From the IMG/VR virus record IMGVR_UViG_3300027278_000010: DNA of 64,000 nt; one strand, given 5' to 3'. This stretch comes from an uncultured virus (IMG/VR IMGVR_UViG_3300027278_000010). Lineage: Duplodnaviria; Heunggongvirae; Uroviricota; Caudoviricetes; Schitoviridae. A program made the position numbers and the translations under genes. Of this stretch, positions 7,097 to 16,400 are shown in pieces. Under the pieces are notes generated by a model. It searched no databases and was not told the DNA's origin. It worked only from the letters and a program-made list of their open reading frames with translations. How positions within the stretch are numbered: position 1 is the first letter of the stretch; each line of letters opens with the position of its first letter.

Positions 7097-8764
7097 ATGA
7101 CCGAAGTAATTCGCATCATCAGTGCTGTGGTTGATACCCAGCAGTTGACCCTCTACAAAGAGGACGGCTCCAGCATCATTATCCCGCAAGGGGATGCTCG
7201 TATCCGTCCTTTGGTGGATATGGTCGTTCCTGAACTGGAAGCCAATGGCTTCTGTGACATTGATCTGACTGAAACCCAGCTCGAAAACTACTACGCAGAA
7301 GCCGAAAAAAGCATGAATGGCTTCATCCGTTTCTTCCGTGCAGCCAAGACCCAGATTGATGAAATCCTGGCTCGTTTCGGTCAAATGGAAGAGCCAGTGG
7401 CACCACTGGTAGCTGGTGCTGTGCCACAAACAATCAGCGAAGCAGCAAGCAATGCTCCGGTTACCCGTAGCAGTGCCGCTGTAGCTGAGATCATGGCCAA
7501 TGCAACCACCTCGGCTGAACCGTCTTTCGCAGAAAACGACGAAAAAACCACCGTTGTTGCTGTGCTGGAAGACAACACAGTCATCCCTGGTGTGGAAGCC
7601 ATCGGAAACCTTCTTGAAGGTGTTGCTGCAAAACTGGGCAACCCTATCGGGGTGGAAAACTTCTTCCGTCGTGTTGCTACTGTCAAACGCAATCACACTG
7701 TCCAAGATTTGCTGAAGTTCATGCAAAAGGGCGAGCTGCCGATTGCCGATGATGGCTCCATCCTTGTTTACAAGCGACTGGAGAGCACTGGGCAAGAAGG
7801 CGTGTTCCGTGACTGCCATTCCAAAAAAGTCATGCAGCGTGTCGGCTCTTACGTCTTCATGGACGAGAAACTGGTCGATCCCAACCGCCACCAGGACTGC
7901 TCCAACGGTCTGCATGTGGCTCGCCGGGATTACCTGCGCACCTTCAGTGGTGACGTAACCGTGCTGGCAAAGCTGGCTCCTGAAGATGTGATTGCCGTAC
8001 CACACAGCGATGCCCGTAAGCTTCGTGCTAAGGGCTATCACATCATCGCCCAGCTCAGCAAAGAAGACGCTGCTGCCGTGTGTAGTGACCGTCCAATGAC
8101 CGATAAGGTTCTGCTTGGCAATGCCATTGCAGGTAACCACATTGGCATCCTTGAGCACGTTCAGATCACTGAACAGAAAGGCGGTGGCCTGATCATCACA
8201 GCCATGGATCATGCCGAAGTTGGCACCATGGATGAGTCGATCACTTCCAGCTCGCTTGATTCACTGGAAGAAGTGCGCAAAGAGAACCAATCGGTAGATG
8301 CAGCTGCTGTCGCTTCCGATCTGGGCAAAGCCCATTCTGCTGGCATGTCTGTGCGTCAGGCCAAAGCAGCTGAGCTGTATTTGGCAATCACCAATGCCAC
8401 AACAAACGACACCTATGTCAGTGCTGCCAAGGCACTGATGGAGTTCAAAAAGAAAGCCAAGGTGTCGTGGGACAAGTTGGGCATTGATGCAGAAACAGCT
8501 GAGTTTGTTGCTGGCGTTGCCGAAGGTCGCCACACAATCCCAGAAGTTGCTGCTGAAGAAGCTGATGCTGCACCACTGGTTCTGGCTACAGAAGGAACCG
8601 GTACGCCTCGTCAGCGTATTCGCAATCTGCTCGACGGTGGCACTCTGACTGCTGACGTTGCAAAAGCGGTCATCGCCATCAAAGCCAAAGCCAAGAAAAG
8701 CTGGACAGCTTTGGGTGTTTCCTCGAAAGAGGAAAAAAACATCTTGAAATTGGCTGGGAAGTAA
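7097..8764 (+). CDS. rIIB: rIIB-like protein
   Basis: LPIADDGSILVYK, CSNGLHVA, PEDVIAVP motifs; duplicated K..K.SW..LG C-terminal module. Confidence 0.9.
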   Translation: MTEVIRIISAVVDTQQLTLYKEDGSSIIIPQGDARIRPLVDMVVPELEANGFCDIDLTETQLENYYAEAEKSMNGFIRFFRAAKTQIDEILARFGQMEEPVAPLVAGAVPQTISEAASNAPVTRSSAAVAEIMANATTSAEPSFAENDEKTTVVAVLEDNTVIPGVEAIGNLLEGVAAKLGNPIGVENFFRRVATVKRNHTVQDLLKFMQKGELPIADDGSILVYKRLESTGQEGVFRDCHSKKVMQRVGSYVFMDEKLVDPNRHQDCSNGLHVARRDYLRTFSGDVTVLAKLAPEDVIAVPHSDARKLRAKGYHIIAQLSKEDAAAVCSDRPMTDKVLLGNAIAGNHIGILEHVQITEQKGGGLIITAMDHAEVGTMDESITSSSLDSLEEVRKENQSVDAAAVASDLGKAHSAGMSVRQAKAAELYLAITNATTNDTYVSAAKALMEFKKKAKVSWDKLGIDAETAEFVAGVAEGRHTIPEVAAEEADAAPLVLATEGTGTPRQRIRNLLDGGTLTADVAKAVIAIKAKAKKSWTALGVSSKEEKNILKLAGK

Positions 8765-8774
8765 GCGCTTCACT

Positions 8775-8813
8775 AAGATGCCTCTAGTCTATAGACTGGA
8801 GGTATCTTTTATT
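8775..8813 (+). terminator. Intrinsic terminator
   Basis: aagatgcctctagtct/agactggaggtatctt hairpin plus T-rich tail. Confidence 0.7.
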
Positions 8814-8824
8814 GAGGTGATCCT

Positions 8825-9148
8825 ATGTCTACCGTATTTCGAGCAAACCGCAAAGCCAGTGATGCAGACATCGTTCGTTTGAACAGCGTCGGCCTATCGC
8901 TTTCCACAATCGCTGGTGTTCTTGGTTGTCACCCAACCACGATCACCCTTCGACTGAAAAGTTTGGGGATCGCTCCTGCGGATACTCGTCGAACATTTAT
9001 GGAAGACATCTTCGTTACGCTCAGCGAAGAACAGCAGGAATGGCTGGCGGATCAGATGAGCAATGGTGCTCTGATCAAAGATTTTGTCAAAAATCTCATC
9101 ACCAAAGAGTTTGAGTCTCACACACAAAAATCCCCTTCAACGGAGTAA
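8825..9148 (+). CDS. HTH DNA-binding protein
   Basis: GLSLSTIAGVLGCHPTTITLRL helix-turn-helix; GAGGTG SD. Confidence 0.8.
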   Translation: MSTVFRANRKASDADIVRLNSVGLSLSTIAGVLGCHPTTITLRLKSLGIAPADTRRTFMEDIFVTLSEEQQEWLADQMSNGALIKDFVKNLITKEFESHTQKSPSTE

Positions 9149-9151
9149 TCC

Positions 9152-9619
9152 ATGAATCGTACCTTTGAAAATTGCACCCTGCTGGATACGCACACCTGGT
9201 TCAAGAAAGCAGTACCTGAGCCACAACCACGCAACCTGAGCACCCAATTCGGCGTGCATCTGGAAGAAGTTGGGGAATCCCTGGCCGCAATCCAAATGCA
9301 AACCCTGGAAGGCGAGCAGCTTCTTCAGCTGGCCAGTGATGCGCTTGAAGCCTTGGGTGATTTCATGAAAACCCATCCAGGCTGCATTGATATCACGAAC
9401 TCCGTTGAGTTCTTGGACGGTCTGTGCGACCAGATCGTAACTGCCACTGGCACCGCTTACATGGCAGGCTACGACATTGTTGGGGCCATGACTGAAGTGA
9501 ATGCCTCCAACTTCAGTAAGTTCGACAAAGATGGTCAGCCGATTTTCAATGAAAACGGTAAGATCATGAAAGGCCCGAACTTCTTCAAACCGGACCTGGC
9601 ACCCTACATCCCAGGCTAA
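9152..9619 (+). CDS. MazG-like NTP pyrophosphohydrolase
   Basis: EEVGE, EFLDGLCD, EVNASNFSK, GKIMKGPNFFKPDL motifs. Confidence 0.85.
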   Translation: MNRTFENCTLLDTHTWFKKAVPEPQPRNLSTQFGVHLEEVGESLAAIQMQTLEGEQLLQLASDALEALGDFMKTHPGCIDITNSVEFLDGLCDQIVTATGTAYMAGYDIVGAMTEVNASNFSKFDKDGQPIFNENGKIMKGPNFFKPDLAPYIPG

Positions 9620-9632
9620 TCCCACCTTTCAC

Positions 9633-9660
9633 AAAAAACCCCCAACTCTGGGGGTTTTTC
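9633..9660 (+). terminator. Intrinsic terminator
   Basis: aaaaaccccca-actc-tgggggttttt. Confidence 0.75.
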
Positions 9661-9672
9661 GTAGGAATAACC

Positions 9673-10971
9673 ATGAACCAAGCAGCTACTCCCCTGAATG
9701 CTGAGCAGCAGTTAGCTGCGGATGCCTTCTTCAGCTTCCTATTCAACAACGACCGGGAAATGAACATCCGTGGACCGGGCGGTGTCGGCAAAACTTTCTT
9801 GATGGGTCATCTAATCGACAAAGTGTTGCCCCAGTATTTTGAGTCTTGCCGCCTTATGGGCATCACCTCTGAATACGATGAAGTCGTCATGACTGCTACG
9901 ACAAACAAAGCAGCCGAAGTTCTCGGTGTTGCAACAGGCAGGCCAACAAGCACCCTGCATTCCTTCCTGAATTTGAAAGTTCAGGACGACTACTCCACTG
10001 GTGAGCAAAAAATAACCAAAACGGGCAACTGGTACATCCATACCCGTAAGATCATTTTCGTGGACGAAGCTTCCATGATTGATCACGCTCTGCGTGTGCT
10101 TCTGTTGGAAGGCACCATCGGCTGTAAGATCGTGTACGTTGGTGACCATTGCCAATGCGCCCCGGTTAAAGAAACAATCTCCCCGGTATACAAAAGCAAT
10201 CTGCCCTCGGTAGACCTCACGATTCCGATGAGAACCAATGTGCCTGAGCTACACGCCATCAACCTGCAACTACGCAGCACCGTTGAAACTGGTGTGTTTC
10301 AGCCCATTCAGATCATCCCAGGCATCATTGACCATTTGGACAATGACCGCATGCAGGAAGAGCTTCTGAAGACGTTTGGTCATCAAACGGCCTCATCTCG
10401 CATCCTGGCGTACCGCAACAAACGTGTGAACGAGTACAACGACTACATCCGTGATATTCGCGGCCTGTCTTTGAATTACTCAGTGGGTGAGTTGTTGATC
10501 AACAACAACGCTATCCGCATCGGTAAAGGCATGCTGTCTGTGGAAGAGGAAGTGGAAATTCTGGAACAAAGCTCATCTTCAGAGCTGATCCAGATTGAGC
10601 ATGATGTCCATTTGGAAGTCATCAATACGACTCTCCGTAATGGATACAACGACACTATCCGCAATGTTCTTTTGCCGGTGGACCGCAACCACTTCAGTCA
10701 ATTGATCGCTTACTACAAGCGAACCAAAAACTGGAATCGTTACTTCCATCTCAAGAACAACTACCCAGACCTTCGCCCACGCGATGCAGCAACAGTCTAC
10801 AAAGCGCAAGGCAGCACCTACGACGATGTGTTTATCGACTTAGGTGATCTGTCGGCCTGCCCAAATCCAAACCAAGCAGCCCGTATGCTCTACGTGGCAT
10901 TCTCTCGCGCTCGCTACCGTGTATTTACCTTCGGCAATCTTGCAGATAGGTTCGGTGGCCTTCAGTTTTAG
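9673..10971 (+). CDS. Dda-like SF1 DNA helicase
   Basis: GPGGVGKT, ATTNKAA, VDEASM, VGDHCQ, TVYKAQGST, LYVAFSRAR. Confidence 0.92.
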   Translation: MNQAATPLNAEQQLAADAFFSFLFNNDREMNIRGPGGVGKTFLMGHLIDKVLPQYFESCRLMGITSEYDEVVMTATTNKAAEVLGVATGRPTSTLHSFLNLKVQDDYSTGEQKITKTGNWYIHTRKIIFVDEASMIDHALRVLLLEGTIGCKIVYVGDHCQCAPVKETISPVYKSNLPSVDLTIPMRTNVPELHAINLQLRSTVETGVFQPIQIIPGIIDHLDNDRMQEELLKTFGHQTASSRILAYRNKRVNEYNDYIRDIRGLSLNYSVGELLINNNAIRIGKGMLSVEEEVEILEQSSSSELIQIEHDVHLEVINTTLRNGYNDTIRNVLLPVDRNHFSQLIAYYKRTKNWNRYFHLKNNYPDLRPRDAATVYKAQGSTYDDVFIDLGDLSACPNPNQAARMLYVAFSRARYRVFTFGNLADRFGGLQF

Positions 10972-10979
10972 GAAAAAGA

Positions 10980-11486
10980 ATGGCCGTTTCAAACTTACAA
11001 GAGGTAATTGCCCTAATAAGCAAATCCCTGTTCCAAGCAGAGAAACGCCGTCTGGCCGGTGTCATTGTTGATCTGGATAAACAGAACAACGAGATCAAGC
11101 ACACCGGCCAACAGGGCTTTTTGTTTAATGGGGCGCTTTACCGCCCCCATAACGCAAGCACAATCAAAGTTGGTCCTGGCATACCAACTTTGGACTTTTC
11201 CCTCAACAAGCAAATGAATGACTACTTGAAAGATGCCAAAGAAATCGAGCTGGATGAGAAACAGATTCAGCAGATTTTGTTCAAGTTGATCTACAAGGCC
11301 GAAACACTTCAACACCTAAGAGACACTCTCCCTGAGTGTTTAGTGGCACTCGTTCCTGACCTTAGCGGCATGGTGAGAAACTGCCCAGAAGCATTCTTGT
11401 TGGAAGGTGATGAGCGTGGCATGGCTCAGTTTAAGAAACTGAAACCGAAGATCGAGTTTTACTCGGCAACCCGTTTACTTTACTGA
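10980..11486 (+). CDS. Conserved N4-like protein (gp38 position)
   Basis: 168-aa ORF between helicase and DNA polymerase. Confidence 0.75.
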   Translation: MAVSNLQEVIALISKSLFQAEKRRLAGVIVDLDKQNNEIKHTGQQGFLFNGALYRPHNASTIKVGPGIPTLDFSLNKQMNDYLKDAKEIELDEKQIQQILFKLIYKAETLQHLRDTLPECLVALVPDLSGMVRNCPEAFLLEGDERGMAQFKKLKPKIEFYSATRLLY

Positions 11487-11497
11487 GGAATTACCAG

Positions 11498-14209
11498 ATG
11501 GCGTATGCCTATTTCTCCGATCAGGAGAACAACGAATACCCTGTGTGTTTGTTGGTTCCTTCGATTAAGAAAGATGAAATCAAGAAAGCGTACATCGACA
11601 CGTCGTCTTTGAATAAAGACGACTTGATGGTGATGACGCTGCACTACACCCCTGGTCAGAAGAAAACCAAAGCAGCAGAGATGAAGGAATACATCACCTC
11701 TGAGCTTGTTCCAATCTTGGAAGGAATCAAGACAAAGTACGTTCTTTGTGCTGACTCTGACTACTTCAAGATACTGACCAAAGCAGCCAAAGTGGAATCC
11801 CACATTGGTTACGTGATGGATTCTGTCTTTGGTAATTTCAAAGTCATCTACGTGCCCAATTATCGCCAGATTTTCTACGATCCAGATAAGGTGAAAGCCA
11901 GGATCAAACTGGGCATGGATGCTTTAACTGCCCACCGGGCAGGGTCGTATCAAGCACTGGGCACCGGCATTATTCACTTTGCAGAGTACCCAGAAACAAC
12001 CCAAGACATCGCTGCCTGGCTTGAAAAACTGTTGGCGATGAACTGCCCCCTGGCCATTGACATTGAGGGGTTTGATCTCAAGCACCACAAGTGCGGTATT
12101 GGCACAATCTCATTTGCATGGAACCAACACGAAGGTATTGCCTTCGCCGTTGATTACGTCAATGAGCCTTGGGTCATGGGTGAAGGCAAAGACGAAGTTC
12201 AGATGTATGGCAAGAAAGGCTTCAATGCTGAAGTTCGTGCCCTGTTAAAAAGCTTCTTCACCCGGTACATGCAGACAGCGATTTACCACAACATCGCTTT
12301 CGACGCATACGTCCTGGTCTATCAGTTATTCATGTCTGACTTGTTGGACACAGAAGGTTTGCTTGAGGGCATGAGCAAACTGCTGAAAAACTGGGACTGC
12401 ACAAAACTCATCACCTATTTGGCAACAAATAGCTGTGCCGGTAACAAGCTTGGTTTAAAACATCAGGCCCATGAATTTGCGGGCAACTACGCAATAGACG
12501 GTGATGACATAAAAGACATTCGCCGTATCCCGTTGCCTAAACTTCTGGAATACAACTTGGTGGATTCTCTGTCCACTTGGTTTACTTTCAGAAAACATCA
12601 ACCAACCATGATCCAAGATCAGCAACTGGAGATTTACGAAAACCTGTTCAAACCCTCCACACTCGACATTGTTCAAATGCAGCTGACTGGCTTGCCTTTG
12701 CACATGCCAACTGTTTTGGCAGTTGAGGAAGCACTCCAAGGTGTCTTCGATGATGCTGTTAATCGCATGCTCTCAACACGCTGTGTTCAGCAATTTCAGT
12801 ACAGCTTGAAAGAGATGTACATTGAGAAAAAGCACAAGGAGTGGAAGAACAAAAGAATCACGATTGATGAAGTGCCAGACAAGATCAAGTTCAACCCACG
12901 CAGTAATCCTCAATTGCAGCACCTGCTCTACGAGCAACTGAACTTGCCAGTGCTGTCCTACACAGACAGCAAGCAGCCCTCTTGTGACGGAGACACAATT
13001 GATAAGCTGCAACACCACACAACTGATCCAGATATTTTGGAACTGTTGTCAGCACTCATCGACTTCGCTGCTGTAGATAAAATCCTTGGCTCTTTCATAC
13101 CTGCATTCAAAGAGGCAGCATTGGGGCCAGACGGCTGGCATTACCTCTTTGGTAATTCGGTTCTGGGTGGCACTGTTTCTGGACGATTGAGTAGTAATTC
13201 ACCAAATCTACAGAACCTACCGGCCAACGTAACAATGAAAATCAGTGAGGCTCTTCTCAAGAAGTTCCCCTTGCTGAAACGCTTCATGAAAAAAGGAAAA
13301 CTCAGTTTGGGTTCCCTGGTGAAATCGTGCTTCCAAGCACCACCGGGCTGGATATTCGCTGGGCTGGACTTCGCATCATTGGAAGACCGCATCAGTGCCC
13401 TGACAACCAAAGACCCAAACAAGCTCAAGGTCTACACCGATGGCTACGACGGTCATTGCCTACGTTCTTATGCGTATTTCGGCAATGAGATGCCTGACAT
13501 TGATTCAAATTCGGTAGCGTCAATCAACTCTATCGAACTGAAATATAAGGATTTTCGTCAGGAATCCAAGGCACCTACCTTTGCTCTGACCTATCAGGGA
13601 ACGTACATCACCTTGATGACAAACTGCGGGTTCTCTGAATCCAAAGCCAAGATGATCGAGGCAAAGTACAAAGAGCTTTACGCCGTTTCAATCAACTGGG
13701 TTCAGGAAAAATTGAACCAAGCAAGCAAGGATGGCTACGTCACCGTGGCTTTCGGCCTGCGTGTGAGAACACCTTTGCTGCATCAAGTGATACGGGGTAA
13801 CCGTTCAACTCCATTTGAGGCAGAAGCTGAAGGCAGGACTGCCGGTAACGCCCTCGGCCAGAGCTGGTGTCTACTCAACAACCGGGCCAGTGCTGAGTTT
13901 ATGGGCGGCGTTCGTAAGAGCGAATACCGCACGGCAATACGCCCGTGTGCACACATCCACGACGCCCAATATATGTTGATAAAGGACGACATTCGTGTTG
14001 TGCTATACGTCAATGAGCATCTCGTGAAGGCAGTACAATGGCAGGATCACCCTGACATTGCTCACGACGAGGTAAAATTGGGGGGCGATTTATCGCTGTT
14101 TTTCCCGGACTGGAGTGAAGAGGTAACGGTGCATAATGGGGCCACTGAATCCGAGATTCAGGAACTCACAGCCAAGCACATTGCTTACCTCAACGGAGAG
14201 CCAAAGTGA
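11498..14209 (+). CDS. Family A DNA polymerase with 3'-5' exonuclease
   Basis: Exo DIEG/HNIAFD/YNLVD; GRLSSNSPNLQN; motif A DFASLE, B RQESKAPTFALTY, C HIHDA. Confidence 0.96.
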   Translation: MAYAYFSDQENNEYPVCLLVPSIKKDEIKKAYIDTSSLNKDDLMVMTLHYTPGQKKTKAAEMKEYITSELVPILEGIKTKYVLCADSDYFKILTKAAKVESHIGYVMDSVFGNFKVIYVPNYRQIFYDPDKVKARIKLGMDALTAHRAGSYQALGTGIIHFAEYPETTQDIAAWLEKLLAMNCPLAIDIEGFDLKHHKCGIGTISFAWNQHEGIAFAVDYVNEPWVMGEGKDEVQMYGKKGFNAEVRALLKSFFTRYMQTAIYHNIAFDAYVLVYQLFMSDLLDTEGLLEGMSKLLKNWDCTKLITYLATNSCAGNKLGLKHQAHEFAGNYAIDGDDIKDIRRIPLPKLLEYNLVDSLSTWFTFRKHQPTMIQDQQLEIYENLFKPSTLDIVQMQLTGLPLHMPTVLAVEEALQGVFDDAVNRMLSTRCVQQFQYSLKEMYIEKKHKEWKNKRITIDEVPDKIKFNPRSNPQLQHLLYEQLNLPVLSYTDSKQPSCDGDTIDKLQHHTTDPDILELLSALIDFAAVDKILGSFIPAFKEAALGPDGWHYLFGNSVLGGTVSGRLSSNSPNLQNLPANVTMKISEALLKKFPLLKRFMKKGKLSLGSLVKSCFQAPPGWIFAGLDFASLEDRISALTTKDPNKLKVYTDGYDGHCLRSYAYFGNEMPDIDSNSVASINSIELKYKDFRQESKAPTFALTYQGTYITLMTNCGFSESKAKMIEAKYKELYAVSINWVQEKLNQASKDGYVTVAFGLRVRTPLLHQVIRGNRSTPFEAEAEGRTAGNALGQSWCLLNNRASAEFMGGVRKSEYRTAIRPCAHIHDAQYMLIKDDIRVVLYVNEHLVKAVQWQDHPDIAHDEVKLGGDLSLFFPDWSEEVTVHNGATESEIQELTAKHIAYLNGEPK

Positions 14210-14535
14210 ATCACGTAATCCGCCACGGAAACCCCCTGATACTCAGCATCGCTTTACCGGCTGACGAAGAAGACGGCACCTACTCCAACTGGCATCCGAA
14301 AGCCCAATTTCGCAAGAAGGGCAACGACATGCCAAGCGGTTTCGTCTTTGAGACAACCGACATTACCTGGGTAGACAGCATCACCACCAAAGAGCTTACG
14401 CTCACTGTGAAGGACACATCCAAGTGGCCAACCGGTGTGCTTGAGTTCGACGTGGTGCTGACCTCCCCAGGTGGTCAAACGTATCGCACCGAAAAGCAAA
14501 CTGTGGAGATTCAGAAAGGCATCACACCTATCTGA
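14206..14535 (+). CDS. Beta-sandwich protein resembling BppU-N-like tail adaptors
   Basis: GGAG SD, GTGA overlap; T..WP.G...FDV.LT...G...TE...V.I...IT pattern. Confidence 0.7.
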   Translation: MNHVIRHGNPLILSIALPADEEDGTYSNWHPKAQFRKKGNDMPSGFVFETTDITWVDSITTKELTLTVKDTSKWPTGVLEFDVVLTSPGGQTYRTEKQTVEIQKGITPI

Positions 14536-14553
14536 CCTTCATCAGTTTTCCTG

Positions 14554-14585
14554 AAGCGGTCTCCTAAAAAGAGGCCGCTTTTTTT
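14554..14585 (+). terminator. Intrinsic terminator
   Basis: aagcggtctc/gaggccgctt hairpin plus T-tract. Confidence 0.8.
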
Positions 14586-14608
14586 CCCACTTGAAAAGAG
14601 AGTTTCAC

Positions 14609-14941
14609 ATGATTGAATTGCGTAAGCGTCACTTCTTTCTGGCATCCGCCTTTGCCCTGTTTCAGGACATTCAGGATGGTACTGGTGTAGGTCCGGTGCA
14701 CAGCGTTCCAATGAACGTGGTTGTTCCTTCGGAGCAGCAAATCGTAACCGCTCGTGATCTGGGCGTTGCTCAGCAGAACGTCCAGGTTCAGTTGCACAAA
14801 CGCATGGGTGAAAACCAAGTCGAAGTTGTTGACGTGGTGTTCAACTCCATCAGCTACCTCGGCCACATGACCGATGAAGAGTTTTACGGCCAGGGTGTCC
14901 AAAAAGCCGGGGGCACCGAGGCAGCAGCAAATGCTGGCTAA
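14609..14941 (+). CDS. Conserved hypothetical protein
   Basis: ATG 14609 after purine-rich SD; ISYLGHMTDEEF motif. Confidence 0.75.
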   Translation: MIELRKRHFFLASAFALFQDIQDGTGVGPVHSVPMNVVVPSEQQIVTARDLGVAQQNVQVQLHKRMGENQVEVVDVVFNSISYLGHMTDEEFYGQGVQKAGGTEAAANAG

Positions 14942-15395
14942 GCTCACAGGTGGCCTGGTCAACTACTACCTGTGCTTGGTAAAGCACCCCCAACGGAAAG
15001 AGCAACCTGCTTATCAAGCAGAGTGCGAAGACATCATCCGTGCACTGGACATGACCTTCGATGAGGGTTGTGAGTTCAAGGCTATTTGGCGTACTGCTGC
15101 TGCTCGATTGGGTAATGGCAAGCCGAATCAAAAAGCCCTTTATGACGCAGAAAAGCGGGTGCATTACGCACAAGCTTCATTGCGTCAGCTTCAGCAAGCT
15201 GAAGAAGAACAAGCCAACAATGATGGGGTTGTTATCCATGCTTGGATAGAAAGTGACGGCGTTCCCCCCAAAAATCCTGATCTCTTTGTCGAGGTACAGC
15301 TTCGGGATGGAACAACAAGTCGTGGCTTTGTGAAGAGCTTTTATTGGCCGATAACTCAAGCCAATAACTCCATACTGAAGTTCCGTCACATCTAA
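14931..15395 (+). CDS. DUF3310-like (T7 gp1.7-type) protein
   Basis: NYY...ECEDII...F.EG..FKAIWR...G.K...YDAEK pattern; start probably ATG 14931. Confidence 0.65.
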   Translation: MLAKLTGGLVNYYLCLVKHPQRKEQPAYQAECEDIIRALDMTFDEGCEFKAIWRTAAARLGNGKPNQKALYDAEKRVHYAQASLRQLQQAEEEQANNDGVVIHAWIESDGVPPKNPDLFVEVQLRDGTTSRGFVKSFYWPITQANNSILKFRHI

Positions 15396-15431
15396 AATAA
15401 GGGGCTATTTAGCCCCTTCTTGGAGTCTTCC

Positions 15432-16400
15432 ATGAAGAACAAGATCACCAACAATTCAGACATTTCATTGTCTCTGGCCGTCTGGCTTTTGCATGATGAG
15501 TACGACTACGTGTCTGAGCCGAATTACATTTCGGCAACCAGCCTGATGAAGCCGTTACGGCAAATCATTCTGCCTCGTCGTGTAGCCCCTGAGCTGCGTC
15601 AGGTAGACGTGTCTGACTTCATTGCTCGTGCTCTGGGGCATTCCCTGCACGATTCCATTGAGAAGGCATGGAAGACAGGCTATCAGCGTTCCTTGGCGTT
15701 AATGGGCTACCCAGAAAACGTCATCAAAAAGGTGAAGATCAACCCTGAACCAAGTGAACTGCAACCAGGCGATATCCCAATTTACCTGGAGCAGCGAGCT
15801 ACCAAAAAGGTCGGCAAGTGGACTGTTGGTGGCAAGTTCGACATGGTTGCTGAAGGCATCGTGCACGACAACAAGTCCACGTCGGCCTACACCTGGGTTT
15901 ACGGTGGCCGTGACGATGAGCACAAGCTGCAAGGCTCGCTCTATCGCTGGCTGAACCCGGACAAAATCACTGAAGATTTTATCCGAATCAACTACATCTT
16001 CACCGATTGGCAGAAGGCCCAAGCTCGACAGAATCCGAACTACCCGCAGAAGCGAGTGGAGTCGAAAGACATTGAGTTGTCTACACCAGAAGAAATTCAG
16101 CGTTGGGTTGAGTGGAAACTCCAACTCATTGAAAAGTATTGGAATAGTCCTGAAAAGGACATCCCAAACTGCACTGACGAAGAACTCTGGATGTCAGACC
16201 CGGCCTTTAAGTATTACGCCGATCCAAGTAAAACATCGGGCCGCTCCACCAAAAACTTTGATTCCCTTGCTGAAGCCAATTCCCACATGGCCAGTAAAGG
16301 TGGCAAGGGCATTGTATTAACCGTTCCAGGTATGCCGAAGCGTTGCGACTATTGCGATGCCTTCGCTGCTTGCACCCAAAAGGACAAGTATTTTTCATGA
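15432..16400 (+). CDS. PD-(D/E)XK exonuclease-like protein (N4 gp42-like)
   Basis: LGHSLHDSIE, EQR...GGKFD...DNK, LQGSLY, terminal C..C...C. Confidence 0.8.
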   Translation: MKNKITNNSDISLSLAVWLLHDEYDYVSEPNYISATSLMKPLRQIILPRRVAPELRQVDVSDFIARALGHSLHDSIEKAWKTGYQRSLALMGYPENVIKKVKINPEPSELQPGDIPIYLEQRATKKVGKWTVGGKFDMVAEGIVHDNKSTSAYTWVYGGRDDEHKLQGSLYRWLNPDKITEDFIRINYIFTDWQKAQARQNPNYPQKRVESKDIELSTPEEIQRWVEWKLQLIEKYWNSPEKDIPNCTDEELWMSDPAFKYYADPSKTSGRSTKNFDSLAEANSHMASKGGKGIVLTVPGMPKRCDYCDAFAACTQKDKYFS

